59,235 nt of DNA from NCBI GenBank assembly GCA_030602375.1, contig JAUVZV010000002.1:1-59235 (forward strand). The letters are read 5' to 3'. A model generated the notes under the pieces. It searched no databases. It was given only the letters and a program-made list of their open reading frames with translations, and was not told the origin of the DNA. Positions 43,485 to 53,698 of the stretch are shown here, piece after piece. The position numbers and the translations under genes are program-made. How positions within the stretch are numbered: the stretch's first letter is position 1; every line of letters starts with the position of its first letter. The stretch is from Chloroflexota bacterium (GTDB lineage: Bacteria > Chloroflexota > Dehalococcoidia > Dehalococcoidales > JAUVZV01).

Positions 43485-44312
43485 CTACGCCTCCCCTGTC
43501 TCCTCTGCCTTGTCTTCCGCCTCTGTCTCCGGTTCTACCTCTGCTCTTACCTCCTTAACCCACCGCGTCTTATAAGCCATTAAGGGAACAACCACAGCCA
43601 AGGTAAGTAGAGCGATAATCTGAGCCTGATGTAAACCAACGAAAAACGGTGTTCCCTCTCTCAGGAAATCAATGCCAACCCGCCACAGGGAATATATCCC
43701 GAGGTAGCCTAAAAATAGGGAGCCGTCAGGTTCAAAGCGTCCCCTTAGTTTAAGTAAGGCGACAAAAACTATAAGTAAGAATATAATCTCATAAACTGTC
43801 GTGGGATGGCGAACCCCCAAAGCGGCAAAGCTCTCCGGGTGGGTATAGACAATCCCCCAGGGTAAGGAGGTTTCTACGCCATAGCAGCAACCATTAATGG
43901 TGCAGCCAATCCTGCCGACTACCTGAGCCAAGACAAGACCTGGTACCACTGCATCGGCGAAGTAGCCAAACTCAAACTTGCCCACCTTGCTGTAAACCCA
44001 GACACCCAGAGCCGCACCTAAGATGGCACCGTAGATAGTTAGACCTTCAGTGGTAAACATCTGCTCCGGGTGATAGCGGTAATAATCCATTCTATCCCAA
44101 AGATGAAGCAGCTTTGATATTATTATCCCCGACGGGATCCCCACCAGTGCTGCGGTTAAGACATTGTCATAGGAAACCTTGAGGCCCTTTTTAACCTGCC
44201 ATACCACCCACAGTATTAGCACCCCAATGGCAAGGGCAACTAGAATGCCATACCATCTGATAGCCAGTGAGCCGATGGCAATGGCTACAGGATTTACGCC
44301 GATATTAATCAT
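43485..44312 (-). CDS. lgt: prolipoprotein diacylglyceryl transferase
   Basis: The ATG follows AGGAGGAG. The motif is GRIGCTINGCCYG in a polytopic protein. An acidic C-terminal tail EVEPETEAEDKAEETGEA is present. Confidence 0.85.
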   Translation of the reverse strand: MINIGVNPVAIAIGSLAIRWYGILVALAIGVLILWVVWQVKKGLKVSYDNVLTAALVGIPSGIIISKLLHLWDRMDYYRYHPEQMFTTEGLTIYGAILGAALGVWVYSKVGKFEFGYFADAVVPGLVLAQVVGRIGCTINGCCYGVETSLPWGIVYTHPESFAALGVRHPTTVYEIIFLLIVFVALLKLRGRFEPDGSLFLGYLGIYSLWRVGIDFLREGTPFFVGLHQAQIIALLTLAVVVPLMAYKTRWVKEVRAEVEPETEAEDKAEETGEA

Positions 44313-44335
44313 TACTCCTCCTAATGTTGAATTTC

Positions 44336-46618
44336 TTACCGGGATAAGAGCGCCTCAAGTATTACCTGGGCGGCTCTTTTGTCCAGAGGCTTATTATTAT
44401 TGCCACACTTGGGTGACTGGATGCAACTGGGACATCCAGAATCACACAGGCAATCTGAAATTACTTTAAGTGTAGTCTGCCATAACTCTAAAATTAAGTC
44501 AAAACCCTGCTCGGTAATGCCAATGCCGCCGGGGTAGGCATCATAAATGAATATCTGGGGGCGGCCGGTATCCGGGTGAAGCGGGGTAGACACACCGCCG
44601 ATGTCGTTGCGGTCACATAAGGCATAAAGGGGAAGGATGCCAATCGCCGCATGCTCAGTAGCATGAAGTCCACCGGCAAAATCAAGGTTCAACTCATTAA
44701 GTTTAGATATAACCTCTGCTGGCAGGTCAAACCATAAGGCAACAGTGGGAAAGTGTTGCGGTGGCAGGTCAAGCATCTCCTCTCCAATTACTTCCTCGGT
44801 AAACTGCTGCTTCTTCTTAAAGCCAACTACGGTAGTAGTAACCTCTACTTCACCCAGATATACCTTTACCCTTCCCTGGCTCTGGCTGCGACTTACCTTC
44901 AGGATATGCAAATCAGTAATCTCCTTGGTCTGCGTATAATAGGGAGCTGCAGTTGGCACCGCATAGGCAGTATGAGCTTCAAGGTCAAGCTCCTCAACCA
45001 AGTACGATTCCCCCTGATGAAGATAGATAGCCCCGGGGTGTATCTGGAAAAAGGCGACAGAAGCCTCTATTGTTTCCAGTAACTGGCCAGTTGAGGTATC
45101 CACAAGGGCAAAGTTCTCACTGGTAGTAGAACGAATATTTATATCTTGAGCCGGATAGGCAATGCGTGGTGAAAGATACCATCTCCGGTTGCGCTCCCGC
45201 AACATGCTGCGGCTTTCGAGCACCTCTATTTCTTGATTCAAGCTAGAACCGAAAATTTCCTCCTCATCACCACTTAGCGGTAGCTCCCAGGCAGCACACA
45301 GAAGATGAGCCCGCAGAATATAGGGATTTGAGGGGTTAACTAGGGCATTCTCAAAACTCTTCTTAAAAAAGGCCTCCGGGTGATGCATAAAATACTGGTC
45401 CAAAGGACTATCTAAAGCGATAAGAAAACTCAGAGACGCTTCTTTACCGCGACCACTCCTTCCTGCCTGCTGCCAGGTACTTGAGATACTCCCCGGATAG
45501 CCGGTAAGCACCGTAGCCTCTAGGTCGCCAATATCTATGCCCAGCTCTAAAGCAGTCGTTGCCACCACCCCCAAAAGCTCACCCTTAAAGAGCTCCTGCT
45601 CTATCTGACGCCGCTCTTCAGGCAAGTATCCTGCCCGATAAGGCTTAATCCGTTGCTTGAGGCTGGGGTTTATTTCAGCTAACCTCCGCTTCGAGTAGAT
45701 ATAAATAAGTTCAGTTAGTCGGCGGCTACGAGCAAAGGTTAGGCTACGGATACCCTGGCTTACCAACTCACTGAGTAAGTACATGGCTTCGCTATTAGCA
45801 CTGCGCCGGGCACTCTTTGCCCTGTCTATAATCGGGGGATTCCAGAAAACAAATTCCTTCCCACCCTGAGGAGAGCCGTCTTGGGTTACCACCTCAAAAG
45901 GCAGACCCACCAGTCTTTGCGCATGCTCACCAGGGTTATCTAGGGTCGCCGAACAACAAATAAACTGCGGCCTTGAGCCATAGAGCTGGCAAAGCCGTCG
46001 CAAGCGACGCATAATAAAAGCAACATGGGAGCCAAAAACACCGCGATAGACATGAGCTTCATCGATAACTACATACTTTAACTGACGCAGCAGCCTTGAC
46101 CAGTACTGATGATTCGGCAGTATGCCCAAATGCAGCATATCTGGATTGGTAAGTATTATTCTGGCCTTTTTTCTAATCTCAGTCCGCTCCTCCTGTGGGG
46201 TGTCACCATCAAAGGTAGCAAATTCGGCATCACCAAGTAGAGGAGAAAATAGCTTATCTAAAGTACGAAGCTGGTCTTGAGCCAGGGCTTTAGTCGGGAA
46301 TAGATATAAGGCGCAGCCTTTTGGCTCACTTAAAACCTTATCCATTACCGCAATGTTATAGCACAGGGTTTTACCACTGGCACTGAAAGTGGCTACCACT
46401 ACATTCTTGCCTCCTCGGGCGTAATCTACTGCCTGCGCCTGGTGAGTATAAAGGGGCAAAAGCCCGTGGTCTTTAAGGGTCTCCTCAAGACAACTTATAA
46501 GTGGCTCGCTTAACTTGGCAAAGCTTGCTTTGCGGGGTGGGATATGCTCAATATGAACACTTTGACCGCTGTAGTAAGGCTGAGCGAAAAGATACTTTAA
46601 GAAAGCCGAAGAGTCCAT
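44336..46618 (-). CDS. DEAD/DEAH-box helicase with C-terminal DUF1998/MZB zinc domain (YprA/MrfA-like)
   Basis: Motifs are Walker A SASGKTLCYN, DEAH box VIDEAHVYRG, QQAGRSGR and C-terminal CDSGCPSCIQSPKCGNNNKPLDK. Confidence 0.85.
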   Translation of the reverse strand: MDSSAFLKYLFAQPYYSGQSVHIEHIPPRKASFAKLSEPLISCLEETLKDHGLLPLYTHQAQAVDYARGGKNVVVATFSASGKTLCYNIAVMDKVLSEPKGCALYLFPTKALAQDQLRTLDKLFSPLLGDAEFATFDGDTPQEERTEIRKKARIILTNPDMLHLGILPNHQYWSRLLRQLKYVVIDEAHVYRGVFGSHVAFIMRRLRRLCQLYGSRPQFICCSATLDNPGEHAQRLVGLPFEVVTQDGSPQGGKEFVFWNPPIIDRAKSARRSANSEAMYLLSELVSQGIRSLTFARSRRLTELIYIYSKRRLAEINPSLKQRIKPYRAGYLPEERRQIEQELFKGELLGVVATTALELGIDIGDLEATVLTGYPGSISSTWQQAGRSGRGKEASLSFLIALDSPLDQYFMHHPEAFFKKSFENALVNPSNPYILRAHLLCAAWELPLSGDEEEIFGSSLNQEIEVLESRSMLRERNRRWYLSPRIAYPAQDINIRSTTSENFALVDTSTGQLLETIEASVAFFQIHPGAIYLHQGESYLVEELDLEAHTAYAVPTAAPYYTQTKEITDLHILKVSRSQSQGRVKVYLGEVEVTTTVVGFKKKQQFTEEVIGEEMLDLPPQHFPTVALWFDLPAEVISKLNELNLDFAGGLHATEHAAIGILPLYALCDRNDIGGVSTPLHPDTGRPQIFIYDAYPGGIGITEQGFDLILELWQTTLKVISDCLCDSGCPSCIQSPKCGNNNKPLDKRAAQVILEALLSR

Positions 46619-46642
46619 TTTGACTTAATCAAACTCTAGCTG

Positions 46643-46936
46643 CTAAAGAACAGGTAAAATCTCAATCTCATAATCGAGGAGTTCGACTTCAAACTTGCTA
46701 CTTGAAATAAAGTCCACCACTTTAGAGAGAATTCCATTGGCATGCTGTCTGCTATTGCTCACGCAGGAGATGCCGAGGGTAGCCAGTTGCCAGAGGTCAT
46801 GCTCCTCAACCTCAGCAATAGCAACATTAAACCGGTTCTCAACCCGGCTGGTAATCGATTTTAATACTCGCCGTTTACCCTTGAGGGAGAGATTCTCGGG
46901 CAGGCGAAGCCTAACCTTACAGACACCAACATTCAT
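46643..46936 (-). CDS. DUF503 (YlxP-like) protein
   Basis: 97 aa reading VCKVRLRLPENLSLKGKRRVLKSI, typical of DUF503. Confidence 0.65.
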   Translation of the reverse strand: MNVGVCKVRLRLPENLSLKGKRRVLKSITSRVENRFNVAIAEVEEHDLWQLATLGISCVSNSRQHANGILSKVVDFISSSKFEVELLDYEIEILPVL

Positions 46937-47014
46937 CGCTTAAGGGGCAAATAGAACGTTTGTTATAGTGACTACTATACCTTCTGTAGTATTGCCAAGT
47001 CAAATAAAGTTTAA

Positions 47015-47043
47015 TTTACAGTCATCCCAGTTTATGCTATACT
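47015..47043 (+). promoter_or_regulatory. sigma70-like promoter (TTTACA-17-TATACT) for rpsO-pnp
   Basis: tttaca gtcatcccagtttatgc tatact, about 50 nt upstream of the rpsO start. Confidence 0.45.
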
Positions 47044-47091
47044 TGATTTTTGTTAAAATAACTAAAATACGTAGAAACACCGGGGTGTGGA

Positions 47092-47355
47092 TTGGATAAA
47101 ACGAAAAAGACGGAAATCATAAGCAAGTTTGAGACCAGTAAAGGGGACACTGGTTCAACCGAGGTTCAGATAGCCCTGCTTACGGAGAGAATCAATGAGC
47201 TAACCGCTCACATGGTAGCCAATAAACACGACTACCATTCGCAACGCGGCCTGCTTAAGCTCGTCGGCCAAAGAAAGCGGCTGCTTACTTACTTAAGCAA
47301 GCAGGGGGTTGGACGGTATCACAGCCTGATTAAGAAGCTCGGTCTGCGTAAGTAA
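47092..47355 (+). CDS. rpsO: 30S ribosomal protein S15
   Basis: [47 protein letters not shown]. The start is TTG, and no in-frame ATG is available. Confidence 0.95.
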   Translation: MDKTKKTEIISKFETSKGDTGSTEVQIALLTERINELTAHMVANKHDYHSQRGLLKLVGQRKRLLTYLSKQGVGRYHSLIKKLGLRK

Positions 47356-47376
47356 AGCCTTAAAAAGGGGGGATTA

Positions 47377-49584
47377 TTGATAGAGTCTCAGTCATTCCAG
47401 CTTGAACTAGGGGGTAGAAGCCTCATTATCGATACCGGCAAGCTCGCTGGGCAAGCCAACGCCGCGGTAACGGTACGCTATGGGGATACTATTGTCCTAG
47501 TTACCACCTGCATCAGCCCTGAACCGCGAGAGGGAGCGGATTTCCTGCCGCTAACCGTTGACTATGAAGAAAGGCTTTATGCTGCCGGTAAAATCCCCGG
47601 GGGATTTATCAGAAGAGAGGGACGCCCCAGTGAGGAAGCAACTTTAGCCGGCCGCCTTACCGACCGCCCGCTGCGTCCACTCTTACCCAAAGAGCTTCAC
47701 AATGATGTCCAGCTTATAATCACCGTCCTTTCTGCCGACCAAGAGAATGACCCCGATACCCTAGCCGTGATTGGTAGCTCGGCAGCACTATCAACTTCAG
47801 AAATACCATTTGATGGCCCGGTAGGTGCGATTCGTATCGGTTATATTGATGAGGAGTTCGTCTTAAATCCAACCCTAGCCCAGCTTGAAAATAGCCTGCT
47901 TGACCTCGTTGTTGCCAGCACCAAGCAGGCAGTAGTAATGCTAGAAGCCGGGGCACGAGAGGTTTCAGAAGATATTGTTGTCCAGGCAATCAAGTTAGGG
48001 CATGAGGCAAACCAGGATATTATCCGGCTTCAAGAGGAGCTTCAAAAAACCTTTGCAAAGCCGAAGATAGAGGTCCACAAAAGTGAACTTGACCCTGAAG
48101 TAATAAAAGCGGTCTCATCAATCATTGACGGGAAATTTGCCGAAATCCTGAGCCAGCCCAAAAAGCAAGAGCGTGAGGAGGCACTGGAAAGCCTGAAGAA
48201 AGAGCTGGTAAAGAGCCAGGAAGAGTCATTCCCCGAAGCAGATGTAATCCTTGCCTTTGAAGCCGAACTCAGGGATGAAATGAGGAGCAATATCCTAAAT
48301 CAAGCACAGCGTATTGGTGGTCGCGGCCTTAAAGACATTCGACCTATTACAAGTCAAATAGGACTTCTGCCTCGTACCCATGGCTCAGCTCTATTCACCC
48401 GGGGGGGAACACAGGTATTAACCATCACTACCTTAGGCTCAATTAAAAAGAAGCAACAACTTGATGGATTAGGTATTGAAGAGACCAAACGCTTCATCCA
48501 TCATTACAATTTCCCTCCCTTCTCCACCGGGGAAGTAAAACGCATCGGTACACCAGGGCGACGTGAAATTGGACACGGGGCTCTAGCCGCGCGAGCCCTC
48601 CTCCCGGTGATACCCGATGATGAGGAGTTCCCCTATACTATCCGGCTCGTCTCCGAGGTCTTAAGTTCCAACGGCAGCACCTCCATGGCCAGTGTCTGCG
48701 CCAGCAGTCTCTCCTTAATGGATGCTGGCGCACCAATAAGGGGTGCCGTTGCCGGGATAGCTATGGGCTTAGTCAGCGGGGAGAAGGGTGAATATGCTAT
48801 CTTAACTGATATCGAGGGCTTAGAGGATGCTTATGGGGATATGGACTTTAAGATAGCTGGCACCAGTAAAGGTATTACCGCATTGCAGCTAGATATCAAG
48901 CTTAAGGGCATAAGCCTAGAAATTCTAGAAAAAACGCTGTATCAAGCAAGCGAGGCTCGCCAGTCTATTCTAGAGATAATGCAGCAGACCATAAGCTCCA
49001 GCCGCCCCACACTCAGCCCCTACGCACCACAAATATATAAATTACTGATCCCCCCGGACAAGATTGGCAGTATAATCGGCACCGGCGGCAAAACAATCAG
49101 GTCAATAATTGACGAGACTAAAGCCAATATTGATGTCCTCAACGATGGTACGGTGCTCATTGATGCCCCCAGCGCTGAAGCGGCTCAGAAAGCAATGAAT
49201 ATTATTGAAGGTCTGACCAAGGAGATAGAAGTTGGCAGTATCTATACCGGAAAGGTGTCCCGCATCTTAAGCTTTGGCGCTTTTGTCGAGATACTCCCGG
49301 GTAAGGAAGGCCTGGTTCACATCAGCGAGCTTGCTGACTATCGGGTAGCTAAGATTGAGGATGTAGTCAAAGTGGGTGACGAGATTATGGTCAAGGTAAT
49401 TGATGTTGACCATTTGGGCCGGATAAACCTGTCACGACGCGCTGTACTGCAAACACTATCTCAGGTGCCCGGTGACAAGGAAAAGGACTCATCTTCAGCA
49501 AAACAACCGCCCGGAAAACAGCCTCAGATGCGCTCCTCACCCCGCCCTTCTCATCCCCAAAACAAGGGGTACTATCACAAGTAG
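47377..49584 (+). CDS. pnp: polyribonucleotide nucleotidyltransferase (PNPase)
   Basis: 735 aa with two RNase PH domains (SSNGSTSMASVC), a KH domain (IGTGGKTIRSI) and an S1 domain (GKVSRILSFGAFVE). The start is TTG. A low-complexity basic/Pro tail is present. Confidence 0.95.
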   Translation: MIESQSFQLELGGRSLIIDTGKLAGQANAAVTVRYGDTIVLVTTCISPEPREGADFLPLTVDYEERLYAAGKIPGGFIRREGRPSEEATLAGRLTDRPLRPLLPKELHNDVQLIITVLSADQENDPDTLAVIGSSAALSTSEIPFDGPVGAIRIGYIDEEFVLNPTLAQLENSLLDLVVASTKQAVVMLEAGAREVSEDIVVQAIKLGHEANQDIIRLQEELQKTFAKPKIEVHKSELDPEVIKAVSSIIDGKFAEILSQPKKQEREEALESLKKELVKSQEESFPEADVILAFEAELRDEMRSNILNQAQRIGGRGLKDIRPITSQIGLLPRTHGSALFTRGGTQVLTITTLGSIKKKQQLDGLGIEETKRFIHHYNFPPFSTGEVKRIGTPGRREIGHGALAARALLPVIPDDEEFPYTIRLVSEVLSSNGSTSMASVCASSLSLMDAGAPIRGAVAGIAMGLVSGEKGEYAILTDIEGLEDAYGDMDFKIAGTSKGITALQLDIKLKGISLEILEKTLYQASEARQSILEIMQQTISSSRPTLSPYAPQIYKLLIPPDKIGSIIGTGGKTIRSIIDETKANIDVLNDGTVLIDAPSAEAAQKAMNIIEGLTKEIEVGSIYTGKVSRILSFGAFVEILPGKEGLVHISELADYRVAKIEDVVKVGDEIMVKVIDVDHLGRINLSRRAVLQTLSQVPGDKEKDSSSAKQPPGKQPQMRSSPRPSHPQNKGYYHK

Positions 49585-49594
49585 GGGTCAAATT

Positions 49595-50386
49595 ATGAAG
49601 CCAATAAGGGTAGTAGTTCAAGGTGCATTGGGCAAGGTGGGACGAGAGGTAGTTAATGCAGTATGCTGTCAGAGCGATATGGAGCTGGTCGGCGCCGTAG
49701 ACCTCAAGGCCACTCAAGACTATCTTTCTCTACCGGATAACTTGGGCACGGTGCCTTTATCCCCTGATTTAGAGCCTATCCTCAAAAGCTCAAAACCAGA
49801 GGTACTGGTTGACTTTACTGTTGCCCAAGCTAGCATGCCGGCAGTGCGCATGGCCACTAAAAGGGGTGTAAACCTAGTAATCGGAACCACCGGACTCTCC
49901 AGTGATGAACTTAGTGAAATTGAGCACCTAGCACTGGAGCACAACGTTGGTGCTGTGGTCGCCCCAAACTTTGCCCTAGGCGCCGTTTTAATGATTCATC
50001 TAGCCAAAATAGCGGCTAAATACCTTGACTGGGCTGAAATCATAGAGCTGCATCATCATCAGAAAGTGGACGCTCCCTCGGGAACAGCCCTCTCCACCGC
50101 CAGAGCTATGGCGCAGTCAAGGGGGAGACCATTTTCCTATGCCGAACCAAAGAAGGCCACACCGAGTCGGGGTGAGCAGGTTGAAGGTATCACCATTCAC
50201 AGCATCCGCCTGCCCGGTCTTTTAGCCCATCAGGAAGTAATCCTCGGTGGGGCAGGACAGACACTTGCCATCCGACATGATACCATAAGTCGGGAATGCT
50301 ATATGCCAGGCGTCATCTTAGCCATCAAAGAAGTAGTCAAGAAGAAGGGACTAATCTACGGACTGGATAAACTGCTTGGTTTATGA
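49595..50386 (+). CDS. dapB: 4-hydroxy-tetrahydrodipicolinate reductase
   Basis: ATG 49595 begins MKPIRVVVQGALGKVGREV. The motif is ELHHHQKVDAPSGTA. The track ORF starts earlier, inside the pnp tail. Confidence 0.9.
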   Translation: MKPIRVVVQGALGKVGREVVNAVCCQSDMELVGAVDLKATQDYLSLPDNLGTVPLSPDLEPILKSSKPEVLVDFTVAQASMPAVRMATKRGVNLVIGTTGLSSDELSEIEHLALEHNVGAVVAPNFALGAVLMIHLAKIAAKYLDWAEIIELHHHQKVDAPSGTALSTARAMAQSRGRPFSYAEPKKATPSRGEQVEGITIHSIRLPGLLAHQEVILGGAGQTLAIRHDTISRECYMPGVILAIKEVVKKKGLIYGLDKLLGL

Positions 50387-50397
50387 TGGAGAAAACG

Positions 50398-51480
50398 ATG
50401 AAAGGGTATAGGGTTGCTATTGTCGGTGCTACTGGACTGGTTGGACAGGAGTTCATTAAAGTCCTGGAACAACGAAACTTCCCCATGGCTTCCGTCCACC
50501 TTTTAGCCTCAGACCGCTCCGCAGGTAAGCAACTTTTTGTCAATCACCGCGAGGTTACCGTCGAGGAGACCACCCCCGAGTCTTTTGAAGAAATAGATAT
50601 CGCCCTTTTCTCGGCTGGTTCTGAGGTTAGCCTCCACTTTTCACCCCTAGCCGCCGCTCAAGGAGCCGTAGTAATTGATAATAGCTCTGCTTTCAGAATG
50701 CATCCCGAGGTTCCCCTGGTGGTACCTGAAGTTAATGCCGAAGACATTAAATGGCACCGCGGGATTATCGCTAACCCGAATTGCTCCACGATTCAAATGG
50801 TGGTGGCCTTATACCCACTGCACAAGGTTAACCCCATAGAGCGCATTATTGTAGCTACCTATCAGTCGGTATCGGGCACCGGTGCCGCCGCTGTAGAAGA
50901 ATTAACTACCCAGGCCAAGCAAGTGCTAGACGGGCAAAACACCATCCCCCATGTTTACCCGCACCAGATAGCCTTTAATATACTGCCCGAGATAGATGTC
51001 TTCCTGGACAATGGCTACACCAAAGAAGAGTGGAAGATGGCGGAAGAAACCAAGAAGATAATGCATACCAGCAATATCGCTATCTCGGCTACCTGCGCCC
51101 GGGTCCCGGTATTTGTCGGGCATAGCGAGGCAGTAACTGTAGAATTTTCCCAACCCATGTCTCCCGATGAAGCCCAACGCATCCTGGCCGAAGCCCCTGG
51201 GGTCAGGGTACTGGATGACCCAACCATCTCTCTCTACCCTCATCCTTGGGCAACAACCAGCACTGATGAAGTCTTCGTCGGTCGTATTCGAAAAGATACC
51301 TCCCACCCCAAGGGACTGGTGATGTGGATTGTTGCCGATAACATCCGCAAGGGAGCGGCACTAAATGCTGTCCAGATTGCTGAGGAGATGGTCAAAAGAG
51401 AATGGCTACATCAACAGGAGGTGGCTGAAAATGAAAAGCTTCGGACGACTATTGACAGCCATGGTAACCCCCCTGAATGA
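50398..51480 (+). CDS. asd: aspartate-semialdehyde dehydrogenase
   Basis: MKGYRVAIVGATGLVGQEF with the active site IANPNCSTIQ. ATG 50398 lies 7 nt after GGAG, with an alternative ATG at 50383 overlapping the dapB stop. Confidence 0.9.
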   Translation: MKGYRVAIVGATGLVGQEFIKVLEQRNFPMASVHLLASDRSAGKQLFVNHREVTVEETTPESFEEIDIALFSAGSEVSLHFSPLAAAQGAVVIDNSSAFRMHPEVPLVVPEVNAEDIKWHRGIIANPNCSTIQMVVALYPLHKVNPIERIIVATYQSVSGTGAAAVEELTTQAKQVLDGQNTIPHVYPHQIAFNILPEIDVFLDNGYTKEEWKMAEETKKIMHTSNIAISATCARVPVFVGHSEAVTVEFSQPMSPDEAQRILAEAPGVRVLDDPTISLYPHPWATTSTDEVFVGRIRKDTSHPKGLVMWIVADNIRKGAALNAVQIAEEMVKREWLHQQEVAENEKLRTTIDSHGNPPE

Positions 51481-52324
51481 AGACGGGGCGGTTAACTACG
51501 AGCAAGCCAAAAAGCTGGCCCTAGCCCTACTTAGCTCAGGGAGTGAGGGCGTATTAGTTTCAGGCACCACCGGCGAATCCCCCACCCTTACCCAAGATGA
51601 GAAGCTACGCCTTTTTGCTGAAGTAAAACAAGCAGTAGGGGAGCGGGGTGCAGTAATTGCCGGCACCGGCAACTACAACACCGCCGAGAGCCTGGAGCTA
51701 ACTAAAGAGGCGGAGCGAATTGGGGTCGATGGTTGCCTCTTGGTCGTCCCTTACTATAATAAACCGACTCAGGAAGGCTTATACCAGCATTTTAAGACTA
51801 TCGTTCAGGGCACAAGCTTACCCTGCATCGTGTATAATGTGCCCTCACGCACCATCACCAACCTCTCCGCCGAGACAACCACGAGGTTAAGCCAGATTGA
51901 TAACATTATCGGGATAAAAGAGGCTAGTGCCGATATGGAACAGATTGCCAAGATTATTGATAACACCGGGCAAGACTTCTTCATCTGGAGTGGCAATGAT
52001 AGTGATACCTTCCCCATTCTAGCCCTCGGCGGCTACGGGGTCATCAGCGTTGCTTCTCATCTGGCAGGTAACCAGATTAAGGCAATGATTACCAGTTTTA
52101 CCTCAGGCAAAGTAGGTGAGGCAGCCAAAATGCACCGCTACCTGCTGCCACTATTTAAGGTGCTATTTATTGTCTCCAACCCGATACCCTTAAAATACGC
52201 CCTGAACCAGGTTGGCTTCAGTGTCGGCAAGCCTCGTCTGCCTCTGGTTGAGCCCGATGAGAAATCAGCCGCTCAGATTAAAGAGGTACTCAAAAATTAC
52301 CACATTGACCTGCCTTTGAGCTGA
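51431..52324 (+). CDS. dapA: 4-hydroxy-tetrahydrodipicolinate synthase
   Basis: ATG 51431 begins MKSFGRLLTAMVTPL. Motifs are VSGTTGESPTL and IIGIKEAS. It overlaps the asd 3' end by 50 nt. Confidence 0.9.
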   Translation: MKSFGRLLTAMVTPLNEDGAVNYEQAKKLALALLSSGSEGVLVSGTTGESPTLTQDEKLRLFAEVKQAVGERGAVIAGTGNYNTAESLELTKEAERIGVDGCLLVVPYYNKPTQEGLYQHFKTIVQGTSLPCIVYNVPSRTITNLSAETTTRLSQIDNIIGIKEASADMEQIAKIIDNTGQDFFIWSGNDSDTFPILALGGYGVISVASHLAGNQIKAMITSFTSGKVGEAAKMHRYLLPLFKVLFIVSNPIPLKYALNQVGFSVGKPRLPLVEPDEKSAAQIKEVLKNYHIDLPLS

Positions 52325-52352
52325 CCCCCAGCGGCTTTTAGCCAAAACAAAG

Positions 52353-53636
52353 CTACAAAACAGGTTCAACCTCAATTATTTGCTCTCGTCGTGCCCCTAC
52401 CGAGATGAGGTGAACCGGACAAGAAATGAGCTCTTCCAGCCTTTTGATATACTTACGAGCCTCAGCCGGAAGTTCATCATAGCGGCGAATATCGCTAGTT
52501 GGGGCTTGCCAACCCGGAAGTTCCTCATAAATAGGCTTGCACCTGGCTAAAGCAGTGATATTACTGGGGAAATAGTCAATTCTTTGCCCATCCAGCTCAT
52601 AGCCAACACCTATCTTGAGCTTGGGCAGGATGTCAAGAACATCAAGGCGGGTAATGGCTGCCGCGGTAAAACCGTTAATCCGGGTGCTAAAGCGAGAGGC
52701 AACAGCATCAAACCAGCCGCAACGGCGAGGTCTGCCGGTAGTGGTACCATACTCGTGGGCCCGCTCACGAATTAAAACAGCGGTTTCATCCTGTAACTCA
52801 GTCGGCATGGGACCCCCGCCCACCCGGGTACAGTAACCCTTAAACACACCCAGAATCTGGCTAATTCTTAAAGGACTGATTCCAGTACCCAGACAACCTT
52901 CCCCAGCCATAGGTGAAGAAGAGGTAGTATAAGGATAGGTGCCAAAATCAGGGTCAAGTAAAGTCCCCTGGGCTCCTTCCAGTAAAACCTTCTTCCCCTG
53001 TGCTAGTGCCTCTTCCAGAATTACAGTTGTCTCCCGAATATAAGGAGCCAGGCGCTCCCCAAACTGGCAATAGGTATTGTATATCTCGGCAAAGGATAAA
53101 GGGCTCGTCCCATAGACCTTGGTCAAAACCGTATTTTTATATTCAAGTATAAACCGAAGCCGTTCCCCAAATGCCACGCTATCTAGAAGGTCACCTACTC
53201 TTATACCTAACCTAGCCACTTTGTCAGCAAAGGCAGGACCAATACCTTTGCGCGTAGTGCCGATTGCCTTCCCTGCCCGTGCCTCTTCCTCCAAGCCATC
53301 AAGGAGGGTATGGTAAGGCATAATCAGGTGAGCCCGGTCACTGATGAAAAACTTAGAGGTATCAACACCATTTTTTTGAAGTAGTTCCAGCTCATCAAGC
53401 AGCACCGCCGGGTTAATCACCACCCCGTTACCCAATAAACAAACCGCCTGGCGAGAAAAAATGCCCGATGGTACCAGGTGCAGCTTAAACTCACCATAAT
53501 CATTGACCACAGTATGCCCGGCATTATCCCCACCGGAAAAGCGAACTACTAGGTGAGCCTTCTCCGCCAGCAAATCAACTATCTTGCCCTTCCCTTCATC
53601 CCCCCACTGGGCTCCAATAACTGCAATAACCGGCAT
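52353..53636 (-). CDS. purA: adenylosuccinate synthetase
   Basis: Motifs are GAQWGDEGKGKIVD, GGDNAGHTV and TTGRPRRCGW. Confidence 0.95.
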   Translation of the reverse strand: MPVIAVIGAQWGDEGKGKIVDLLAEKAHLVVRFSGGDNAGHTVVNDYGEFKLHLVPSGIFSRQAVCLLGNGVVINPAVLLDELELLQKNGVDTSKFFISDRAHLIMPYHTLLDGLEEEARAGKAIGTTRKGIGPAFADKVARLGIRVGDLLDSVAFGERLRFILEYKNTVLTKVYGTSPLSFAEIYNTYCQFGERLAPYIRETTVILEEALAQGKKVLLEGAQGTLLDPDFGTYPYTTSSSPMAGEGCLGTGISPLRISQILGVFKGYCTRVGGGPMPTELQDETAVLIRERAHEYGTTTGRPRRCGWFDAVASRFSTRINGFTAAAITRLDVLDILPKLKIGVGYELDGQRIDYFPSNITALARCKPIYEELPGWQAPTSDIRRYDELPAEARKYIKRLEELISCPVHLISVGARREQIIEVEPVL

Positions 53637-53698
53637 TATTCCCCCTCTAACTTAAACCAATATAATTTAGATTTTTTGCCAGCACGGCACCCTCAATG

